This document shows, one piece after another, positions 40,661 to 48,129 of a stretch of DNA of 64,000 bases. Positions within the stretch are counted from its first letter, which is position 1. Each line of letters begins with the position of its first letter. A program made the translations under genes and the position numbers. Source of the stretch: Candidatus Caenarcanales bacterium (GTDB lineage: Bacteria; Cyanobacteriota; Vampirovibrionia; 2-02-FULL-35-15); assembly GCA_020050435.1 (NCBI GenBank), contig JAGVKQ010000011.1:3350-67349 (forward strand), given 5' to 3'. The notes under the pieces are model-generated. The model did not search any database, was not told where the DNA came from, and worked only from the letters and a program-made list of their open reading frames with translations.

Positions 40661-41425
40661 ATGGATAATAAAAACCTCTACTTATCTGAAATTTTTTCTG
40701 CTATACAAGGGGAAGGCCCAATAGTAGGGGTAAGGCAAATATTTCTAAGATTTAGTGGTTGTGATATTCGGTGTGTTTGGTGCGATACGCCTGAAAGCCT
40801 TGTAAAAGTTAAAGGTTGTAATTGTGAAACCAAAGCAGGATCTAGAAAATTTGAAGTAGAAACAAATCCCATTTCAAATTTAAAGCTTATAAATTTAATT
40901 TCTAAACTGCAGCCAGAAATTCATCATAGTTTTTCTTTAACAGGAGGTGAGCCCCTTTTACAGAATAAAGCAATGCTTGAAATCATTCCAATTTTAAAAG
41001 AAAAATTTCTGCTTCCTATTTACCTTGAAACGGGTGGGCATAGAGATGATAAGCTTGCTAAAGTTATCCATTTGATTGATTATGTTTCAATGGATTTTAA
41101 ACTCCCTACATCAGCTAGAACAGTCTCATTCTGGGATAAGCATAAAAGATTTTTGTCCATTGCACTAAAATCAAAAAATGTAAAAAAAATATGGGTTAAG
41201 GTCGTTATTACCAGTACTACTTCAATGGTTGAACTTCAAAAAGCAGTAAATCTTGTTAAAAGTTTCAAATCAGATATTGATATTTTTATGCAGCCAGTTA
41301 GCCCTATAAATGGAATAAAACCACCTGATGAACTTTCTATACTTTCTATTCAGTCTAAGCTTTTAAAAGTTTATCCACATATTAGAGTTCTTCCACAGGT
41401 ACATAGATTGATGGGACAGAAGTAA
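40661..41425 (+). CDS. queE: 7-carboxy-7-deazaguanine synthase-like radical SAM protein
   Basis: LYLSEIFSAIQGEGPIVGVRQIFLRFSGCDIRCVWCDTPES matches the QueE N-terminal cluster motif. The ORF-track start at 40553 runs through the GC hairpin and is unlikely. Confidence 0.8.
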   Translation: MDNKNLYLSEIFSAIQGEGPIVGVRQIFLRFSGCDIRCVWCDTPESLVKVKGCNCETKAGSRKFEVETNPISNLKLINLISKLQPEIHHSFSLTGGEPLLQNKAMLEIIPILKEKFLLPIYLETGGHRDDKLAKVIHLIDYVSMDFKLPTSARTVSFWDKHKRFLSIALKSKNVKKIWVKVVITSTTSMVELQKAVNLVKSFKSDIDIFMQPVSPINGIKPPDELSILSIQSKLLKVYPHIRVLPQVHRLMGQK

Positions 41426-41433
41426 ATTAGTAA

Positions 41434-41694
41434 TTAATTCCTCGGTGTTACACTAACTTCGAATTCTGTCATTGCTCCCATTAAACCTAATAAATATGGG
41501 GACTCTTGGATTTGGACTTTTATGGTTATTGGTTTGTCATTTTTATAGTCGTCTATAAACGTAATTTTTGCTTCTTTGTTTGAAAAAGGATCAGTTAATG
41601 ATGTGGAAGAAAAATTTCCACTTATGGGAATATTCCTACTATCTTTTTTTAAAAGTGACTTTGGATCTATGTATATATTTTCTTCTTCATCCAA
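41434..41694 (-). CDS. Hypothetical 86-aa ORF with a TTG start, possibly a frameshifted C-terminal continuation of the upstream pilin-like gene
   Basis: It overlaps the 3' end of the pilin-like ORF by 28 bp in a different frame at an A-rich tract (gaagaagaaaatatata). Confidence 0.3.
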   Translation of the reverse strand: MDEEENIYIDPKSLLKKDSRNIPISGNFSSTSLTDPFSNKEAKITFIDDYKNDKPITIKVQIQESPYLLGLMGAMTEFEVSVTPRN

Positions 41695-42353
41695 GATGTT
41701 AGGTGTTGGCTCAGCTGTAGCTTCATTAGACTCTCCAGTTTCAGAACCTTCGCCAGCATATTTTTTTGAATAAATAATAGATATTCTTTATCTTCTCGAA
41801 GTGTTGATTTCTTTAATTCTAAAATTGGCGGAGGGAAAGGCCATTTCTTTTCCCCATCTTCTGTATATGATTTACTTTGATCAAGGTATTTAATACATTT
41901 TAAAATATAGTAGATTTCTTCGTTTTTAGGTTTTCTTTTCCAGTTGATTTTGTATAAGTCTTCAGTTCTTTGTTTTGGCTTAGCAAAGTAATAAAGTATG
42001 TAGTCATATCCAATAACATCTCCAGTCGGTTCATAAATCTTAGGTTTTGTGAAATAAATATATGGTGAACTTTGAATAGCATCATCTGGAAATGGTACTC
42101 CATACACAGCAGACTCATTTGTTGATATTCTGTTTTTATTTGCATCTCTTAAATCCTCTGAAATCGATCTTATTGCTAGTTTTGCCTTAACCTGAGATAG
42201 TCCTCTGCTATAACTTTGGTAAAATAGTTTCCAGCCCTGATCAGAATAACCGTATAATAGACTAGTTACAATTGCTAAAACAGCAATTACTGTCATTGTT
42301 TCAAGAAGACTATATCCTTTATTATTTCTAAATTTTATAAATGAAAGACTCAT
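41667..42353 (-). CDS. Type IV pilin / pseudopilin-like protein with a class III (prepilin) signal
   Basis: The leader MSLSFIKFRNNKG is followed by YSLLETMTVIAVLAIVTSLL. This gives a G(-1) and E(+5) prepilin peptidase motif plus a hydrophobic helix. The ORF-track start at 42431 is probably too far upstream. Confidence 0.6.
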   Translation of the reverse strand: MSLSFIKFRNNKGYSLLETMTVIAVLAIVTSLLYGYSDQGWKLFYQSYSRGLSQVKAKLAIRSISEDLRDANKNRISTNESAVYGVPFPDDAIQSSPYIYFTKPKIYEPTGDVIGYDYILYYFAKPKQRTEDLYKINWKRKPKNEEIYYILKCIKYLDQSKSYTEDGEKKWPFPPPILELKKSTLREDKEYLLFIQKNMLAKVLKLESLMKLQLSQHLTSWMKKKIYT

Positions 42354-42946
42354 TAAGAAAAAATCTAACTCCCTTGAGAAAAAGTATACTAGTTTTTTCT
42401 TTTTTAACTTTAATATATATACTTCTGCCAATTTTATCTATTAACGCTTCTACCAGTCTTGATTATCCTATTGTGCCCCAAAGACCTACACTTAGACAGC
42501 TTTATTTATCCTTGTTAAACATTCCTATATATAAGTATGAAAAATCAAAAACTATGATTAAAAAAGATGTCTCTCTTTTTGATTTAGATAAAAAAAACAA
42601 TGATAATTTTGAAGTTAATGAAATATTGATAGATAAAAACTATTTAAGTGGCTTTTTAGTAGATTCATATGAGAAAAGTTATATGTTAGGATCAGAAACT
42701 TTATTAATGAATTCGTTGGACTCTGCTTTAGAATTAAAGCTTGCTCTAAAATACCTAGATGTTGATGAAAAGAAAATTATTGTGGTAGATAATATGCAAA
42801 ACGCCCTTTTAATTAATATATTAAATGACAATAATGACACTTCATTGGTTAAAATTTTAGGTTACTCTCCTAAATCTGATAATATTTCTGTAAATGGAGT
42901 TGTAGAAAAATTGGCTACATTAATAAGTGAAAAAACGAAAAAATAA
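42341..42946 (+). CDS. Hypothetical exported protein (201 aa)
   Basis: The N-terminal hydrophobic segment is LVFSFLTLIYILLPILSINAS. There is no recognisable domain. Confidence 0.4.
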   Translation: MKDSLRKNLTPLRKSILVFSFLTLIYILLPILSINASTSLDYPIVPQRPTLRQLYLSLLNIPIYKYEKSKTMIKKDVSLFDLDKKNNDNFEVNEILIDKNYLSGFLVDSYEKSYMLGSETLLMNSLDSALELKLALKYLDVDEKKIIVVDNMQNALLINILNDNNDTSLVKILGYSPKSDNISVNGVVEKLATLISEKTKK

Positions 42947-43547
42947 AGACTTTAAACCATATTTGGTGGCTATTACCGGAAACTTTGGATCTGGTAAAAG
43001 TGCTGTAGGGAGTCTACTAAAAAATGATGGGTTCTTACTCGTTGACACAGATGAAATAGTAAATGAAATATTAAAAAATATAAATCCTGTTACGGAGAAG
43101 ATACTTGCTGAATTTGGAAGTGATATTAAAAATCTAAATAGTGACTATTTGATAAACAAAAAAAAATTAGCTTCAATTGTTTTTATTGATGAAACTAAAC
43201 GGAAAAAACTAGAGTTTATTATTCATCCTGCTGTTGAGCAAACCTTATCTACTATATTTTCTTTAAGCCAATTGGAAAAAGTCATTTTTGTTTTAGTCCC
43301 ATTACTGTTTGAATGTAATTTAGAAGGAAATTACCATGAAGTCTGGTGTGTGAAATGTGATAAGAATGTCCAGTTGTCTCGACTTGAAGGTAGAGGCTTT
43401 TCTATTGAAGAAGCTGAAAAAAGAATATCTTCTCAAATGTCTCAAGATGAAAAAGAAAGTCTTTCTGACTTTGTTATTGATAACTCAGCCCAAATAGAAA
43501 ATACTAAATCTCAAATTGATAAAAGATTAAAGAACGGGTTCAATTAA
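42927..43547 (+). CDS. coaE: Dephospho-CoA kinase
   Basis: The Walker A motif is VAITGNFGSGKS and the size is 206 aa. Confidence 0.85.
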   Translation: MKKRKNKDFKPYLVAITGNFGSGKSAVGSLLKNDGFLLVDTDEIVNEILKNINPVTEKILAEFGSDIKNLNSDYLINKKKLASIVFIDETKRKKLEFIIHPAVEQTLSTIFSLSQLEKVIFVLVPLLFECNLEGNYHEVWCVKCDKNVQLSRLEGRGFSIEEAEKRISSQMSQDEKESLSDFVIDNSAQIENTKSQIDKRLKNGFN

Positions 43548-44105
43548 CCCATAATTCCCATCTTTTCTTAGATAGAGAGTGTTTATTTGAGTTGTGCTTG
43601 CATTAATGAAAACATAAAAGTCATGATCAATCATATCTAGGTGATGTAAAGCTTCTTCAGGGGTCATAGGATGAAGTTTGAATTTTTTAGATTTGATTAT
43701 CTTGCCTTCTGAGTGATCTTTTCCATTTGAATTACCATTGACTAACGATGGACTCACTAAGTCCGTAGGTAGGTCTGGTCTGTCTGCATGTTGTAAGCTT
43801 CTATAATGTTTGGCTTTGTATCTTTGTATTTGCCTGTCTAATTTATCTACTACAGTGTCAATGCTTGCATACATATCGTCAGTAGCTTGTTCGGATCGAA
43901 TAATCTTTCCATCTAAAGATATAGTTACTTCTGTAATGTTGTTTTTTGTGATTCTAGGATTTTTTTCTACACTTAACTTCACTCTGACTTCATGGTCTTT
44001 GATTATCACATCATAATGATTTTGTAATCTTGTAAGTTTTTCTGTTATATAGTCTTTGAGTGCTTCAGTCAGTTCTATATTTTTTCCTTCAATTATTATT
44101 TTCAT
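43527..44105 (-). CDS. hpf: Ribosome hibernation promoting factor (long HPF, sigma-54 modulation protein family)
   Basis: MKIIIEGKNIELTEALKDYITEKL is the canonical HPF/YfiA N-terminus. The long form has a C-terminal dimerisation domain. The true start is probably the internal ATG at 44105. Confidence 0.85.
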   Translation of the reverse strand: MKIIIEGKNIELTEALKDYITEKLTRLQNHYDVIIKDHEVRVKLSVEKNPRITKNNITEVTISLDGKIIRSEQATDDMYASIDTVVDKLDRQIQRYKAKHYRSLQHADRPDLPTDLVSPSLVNGNSNGKDHSEGKIIKSKKFKLHPMTPEEALHHLDMIDHDFYVFINASTTQINTLYLRKDGNYGLIEPVL

Positions 44106-44228
44106 ATTTGCTCCTAATAAGATTAAACCATAAATAATTATAGTTTGCTTGCTGTTTTTAGACCATATAAGTTCATCCTTTAGCATGAATTACTTGTAAG
44201 CAAATGATTCCCACTGTAGAATTATGTT

Positions 44229-45131
44229 ATGAAAAATGAAGTCTTTATAGGTTTGACATATGGTGATCCTGCTGGTATAGGCCCTGAAATATTACTTAAA
44301 ACTTTAAGTAACTGGCGATTTAAATTTCTACCTTTAATATTTGGTAGTAATGAATTATCAATGAAAAACATTAAGCAAGGCTCCCCAAACAAAGCTTCAG
44401 GGCTTGACTCTTATAATGCATTGCTCCAAGCAGTTTCTTCTGCTAAAGAAAAGAAGATTATTGCATTAGTTACCGGACCAGTTTCCAAGTATGCTGTAAA
44501 TCTCGCTGGGAAAAAATTCGAAGGTCAGACTGATGAAATAGCAAAACAGTGTAAATTATCTAGTAGTAGTGTGATTATGCTTTTTGCTGCAGCTGATTTT
44601 AGAGTTGCATTATTCACAAGACATATTCCACTGAGAAGCGTATTTAAACATTTAACTAAATCCAAATTAGAAGATTTCATTATTTTATTAAATAAAGAAC
44701 TAAAACAAAAATTAAAAATTAAAAAGCCAAAGATAGCAATTCTTGGCTTGAATCCACATGCCAGTGAGAATGGATTATTTGGTGATGAGGAAGAGAAGAT
44801 TATAATTCCAGTTCTGAAAAAACTTAAAAAGAAAGGAATTAATGTTTTTGGTCCTCTTTCTCCTGATGCTGCATTGGCAGATGCAGGGAAGTTATATCTT
44901 TCTGAAAAATCACAGCCCTATGATGTTTATGTTTCTTTTTATCATGATCAGGCTCTTCCTGTGTTTAAAGCAGTAGCTGGATTTAAAGGTGTTAATGTAA
45001 CTTTAGGGTTGCCATTTTTAAGGGTTTCCGTAGATCATGGTACTGCTTTTGATATTGCTGGAAAAGGAATTGCTTCTAATGAAGGATTGTTGTCTGCTAT
45101 TAGGTTTGTGGAAGATATCGTAAAGCCGTAG
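44229..45131 (+). CDS. pdxA: 4-hydroxythreonine-4-phosphate dehydrogenase
   Basis: GDPAGIGPE at the N-terminus, the metal-binding region NPHASENG and the HDQ/GLPF blocks match PdxA. Confidence 0.9.
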   Translation: MKNEVFIGLTYGDPAGIGPEILLKTLSNWRFKFLPLIFGSNELSMKNIKQGSPNKASGLDSYNALLQAVSSAKEKKIIALVTGPVSKYAVNLAGKKFEGQTDEIAKQCKLSSSSVIMLFAAADFRVALFTRHIPLRSVFKHLTKSKLEDFIILLNKELKQKLKIKKPKIAILGLNPHASENGLFGDEEEKIIIPVLKKLKKKGINVFGPLSPDAALADAGKLYLSEKSQPYDVYVSFYHDQALPVFKAVAGFKGVNVTLGLPFLRVSVDHGTAFDIAGKGIASNEGLLSAIRFVEDIVKP

Positions 45132-45153
45132 AGACGTTGTATACAATGTAAAA

Positions 45154-45229
45154 TGTCATTCTGAAGGAGTGAAACGAACAAGAATCTATTTTCGTTGATG
45201 GATTCTTCGCTAACGCTCAGAATGACACT
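45154..45229. repeat. Family A-variant nested palindromic repeat (gtcattctgaagg...gctcagaatgac with inner cgaacaagaatc...gattcttcgc), abutting the folE stop codon
   Basis: Read directly. Confidence 0.5.
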
Positions 45230-45827
45230 AGCCCCTAATCAGCGATAGTACTTCTGCTCTTGTAGCCTGGTTAGTTTCAAAAATACCTTTTAAAACAGAT
45301 GTAGTTGTTTTAGCTCCTGGTTTTTTAATTCCACGCATAGTCATGCACATATGTTCAGCTTCTATGACTACGGCTACTCCCATGGGATTTAGTTTTTCAA
45401 TTATTGCATTAGCAATTTGCATTGTTAGTCTTTCTTGTACTTGTGGTCTTTTGGAAGCGGTTTCTACCACTCGGGCTAATTTGCTAAGTCCTGTAATAAT
45501 TCCATTTTTTGGTATGTATCCTACATGTGCTACTCCGAAAAATGGTACTAAATGATGCTCACACATACTATAAAAAGGAATATCTTTAACTAGAATTACT
45601 TCAGAGTGATCTTCTTTAAAGGTAATTGAGATTTCATCTTTAGGATCTTTATCTATTCCTGAAAATAATTCAAAATACATTCTGGCTACTCTGTTAGGAG
45701 TATGTAATAAACCATTTCTTTCTGGGTTTTCACCTACTGCTAGTAGGATTTGTTTCACAGCATTTTCTATGACTTCAATTTTCTCTTTTCCTGCTTTGTT
45801 TAAAATATGTTCAATATCGTTATTCAT
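45228..45827 (-). CDS. folE: GTP cyclohydrolase I
   Basis: [10 protein letters not shown] and the HVGYIP block are FolE signatures, and the size is 199 aa. Confidence 0.9.
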   Translation of the reverse strand: MNNDIEHILNKAGKEKIEVIENAVKQILLAVGENPERNGLLHTPNRVARMYFELFSGIDKDPKDEISITFKEDHSEVILVKDIPFYSMCEHHLVPFFGVAHVGYIPKNGIITGLSKLARVVETASKRPQVQERLTMQIANAIIEKLNPMGVAVVIEAEHMCMTMRGIKKPGAKTTTSVLKGIFETNQATRAEVLSLIRG

Positions 45828-45885
45828 TGTTTAATTTTAACCCACTTGTATTTTTAGGTTTTCTTTAGAATTTAACCTTACTATT

Positions 45886-45984
45886 GTCATTGCGAGCCCT
45901 GAATGAAATGAAGGGCGTGGCAATCTCAGTTGACCAATATTGTATTGTGAGATTGCTTCACTCATTTCATGGGTTCGCAATGAC
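45886..45984. repeat. Family A nested palindromic repeat, copy 4 (gtcattgcgagccc...gggttcgcaatgac with inner ggcaatctca...tgagattgc)
   Basis: Read directly, in the folE-ilvH intergenic region. Confidence 0.6.
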
Positions 45985-46054
45985 TTTTATCCTTGATTTC
46001 TTCGCACATCTTTGCAAATAATGATAAACTGTAAAACACTAATTTAGAGGTCAC

Positions 46055-46588
46055 ATGCAAAGAGTATTATCAGTTTTAGTAGAAAATGAATCAGGTGTTT
46101 TAACTAGAATCGCTGGTCTTTTTTCCAGAAGAGGTTTTAACATTGAATCCTTAACGGTGGGACCTACTGAAAATCCTTCTTACGCAAGAATTACAATATC
46201 AGTTGCTGGTAGTAATCGCGCTGTTGAACAAATAACTAAACAGCTTCATAAATTAATCAACGTAATTAAAATTACAGATTTAACTGAATTAAGTTTTGTT
46301 GATAGAGAACTTGCTTTGATAAAAGTATCTTCTAATGCCACAACAAGGGCAGAAATTATTCAAATTGCAGATTTATTTAGAGGACATATTGTAGACGTTG
46401 CTGAAGATGTTTTTATTATAGAAGTTACAGGCGATCAAGGAAAAATAAATGCCATTGTTCATTTGTTAGGAAAGTTTGGAATTAAAGAAATAGCCAGAAC
46501 TGGTAGGGTAGCCCTATCTAGAGGCGTGAAGATCGACCAACAATTAGCACCTAACAGGATACCCCTGAGAATGGTTACTAGCACTTAG
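46055..46588 (+). CDS. ilvH: Acetolactate synthase small (regulatory) subunit, ACT domain protein
   Basis: MQRVLSVLVENESGVLTRIAGLFSRRGFNIESLTV is the canonical IlvH/IlvN ACT domain, and the protein is 177 aa. No large-subunit gene is adjacent. Confidence 0.8.
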   Translation: MQRVLSVLVENESGVLTRIAGLFSRRGFNIESLTVGPTENPSYARITISVAGSNRAVEQITKQLHKLINVIKITDLTELSFVDRELALIKVSSNATTRAEIIQIADLFRGHIVDVAEDVFIIEVTGDQGKINAIVHLLGKFGIKEIARTGRVALSRGVKIDQQLAPNRIPLRMVTST

Positions 46589-46690
46589 GGAAGACCATTT
46601 AAACCATAGGACTATTGAGACTATAACGTTTTAAAGTATGGTCTTATCGTCTCCATAGTCTTTATTGTCTTTCCCTTAGTCTTCCCATAA
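46589..46690. repeat. Family B palindromic repeat, copy 1 (agaccattt...ataggactattgagac...atggtcttatcgtctccatagtcttt)
   Basis: It shares about 90 bp with 50054-50140 and carries the GGACTAT / ATAGTCC inverted cores. Confidence 0.5.
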
Positions 46691-46764
46691 CAATCATTTG
46701 CTTTACTACAGATGTACAGATGTCCTACTGGGATACTATTTATTCTTTCTAAGGAATATTTTTT

Positions 46765-47289
46765 ATGGCAGTTCCTACTGCAACAACTTCAGCACCAACA
46801 CCATCATCAACTGGATCAGCTCCTGCTGTTCAACCAGTTGATCCAAATAATCCTCCAAAGCCAGCAGCACCGACTACTGGAACAGGTGTAGCCGCACCTG
46901 GAGATAAATTTGTTAAAGCTGATAATGCTGAGACTAATGACACAGGAAAAGAAGAAGAAGCAAAAGGTGCAATGGCTTCAGTAAAAGCAATTTTAAGTAG
47001 AATACATTTATTAATAACATCTACAGTAAGGATTGTTAATTCTATGGCAAGGTTTGCCATATTTGGTACTGTTGTAGGTTTATCTAGACAAGGTGTTGAT
47101 TTACTTCAAGGATTACTAGGATCTGGTGATTTTAAGAATTCTGCTTTAAAAGGTAATCTCACAGGACTCTTGAGCTTAATTAATACTGTTTTAGGATCAG
47201 CTAAGGACTCTGCTAGTTTTTGGCAAGATGACATTAAAATTGTTAGAGATTTGAAAAAAGGATTTGATGATAACTCTAAACTTGCATAA
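46765..47289 (+). CDS. Hypothetical protein (174 aa) with a Pro/Thr/Ala-rich N-terminus and a hydrophobic middle
   Basis: There is a Shine-Dalgarno (AAGGA). The N-terminus is AVPTATTSAPTPSSTGSAPAVQP. It is the first gene of the co-oriented hypothetical cluster. Confidence 0.45.
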   Translation: MAVPTATTSAPTPSSTGSAPAVQPVDPNNPPKPAAPTTGTGVAAPGDKFVKADNAETNDTGKEEEAKGAMASVKAILSRIHLLITSTVRIVNSMARFAIFGTVVGLSRQGVDLLQGLLGSGDFKNSALKGNLTGLLSLINTVLGSAKDSASFWQDDIKIVRDLKKGFDDNSKLA

Positions 47290-47300
47290 ATTCTAGGTAA

Positions 47301-47331
47301 GGGTCTTGCATTCAAGACCCTCTGTTTATCT
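47301..47331 (+). terminator. Terminator hairpin gggtcttgcattcaagaccc followed by a T-rich tract
   Basis: It has a 7-bp GC-rich stem. The loop carries the gcattca motif shared with two other terminators in this cluster. Confidence 0.5.
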
Positions 47332-47445
47332 CCATCGAATAGTTTTACGACACCCCTTTTTTCATAACTTTCCTTTAATAATCCTCTGCTTAACTACATC
47401 CACGTAGGAGAGAAGTCTCAAATTGTATTTAGAAAAGGGTGATTT

Positions 47446-48090
47446 ATGTCAGATGGATTAAATATAGTAAGTCAAAATAATAAGAACTTAAGCACAGTTC
47501 TTGCGGCCGATAGTGTTAAATCAGACTTTCAAGGTAGTGACCAAAGAAAGCTTGGTGAAGACCTTATAAAAGAAAGCCTTAAGCATGCAGGTGATTCACA
47601 AGCACAAGCAGAAAAAGCAAGAGACTATTTAAATGCAGCAGATAATTTAGAAAGAATGGCTAAGGCTGTAAGATCTCAAGCAAAAAGAATTAAAGAAAAT
47701 GATGTTAAGCCTGAAGATGCAGTAAAACAAATATCAGAAGTTTTTGGTAACCAAGTTCAAATGCCTCTTCCTAAAGATGCTACACCTGAACAATTAGAAA
47801 GTATTGCAGATGATTTAGAAGCAAAAGCAAAAGAAAATAGAAGAATTGCTGATGATCTTTTAAAAGACTCTGAACATAAAGAAGCATTATCACTTAAATT
47901 AAAAGAACAAGCTATGTTAATGGTAAAAAAAGAAACAGGAGCAGATTCTCTTAGGATGAAGTCTGTAACTGCTCACAATGAAGGACTAAGTATGGTCTTT
48001 AAAAAGTTAGGAATTTACAACGTAGATATGCAGTACAAAGAACAGGTTGCATATGCTAGTAGAAAGGCTTCAGAGAAAGGTTTAATGTAA
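47446..48090 (+). CDS. Hypothetical charged alpha-helical protein (214 aa)
   Basis: There is a Shine-Dalgarno (AAAGGGTGA). The protein is K/E/A/D-rich and predicted helical, with no motif. Confidence 0.45.
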   Translation: MSDGLNIVSQNNKNLSTVLAADSVKSDFQGSDQRKLGEDLIKESLKHAGDSQAQAEKARDYLNAADNLERMAKAVRSQAKRIKENDVKPEDAVKQISEVFGNQVQMPLPKDATPEQLESIADDLEAKAKENRRIADDLLKDSEHKEALSLKLKEQAMLMVKKETGADSLRMKSVTAHNEGLSMVFKKLGIYNVDMQYKEQVAYASRKASEKGLM

Positions 48091-48129
48091 TTTCACTTAA
48101 AGGTGGAATTTAAATAAAGGAGAAAAGTT

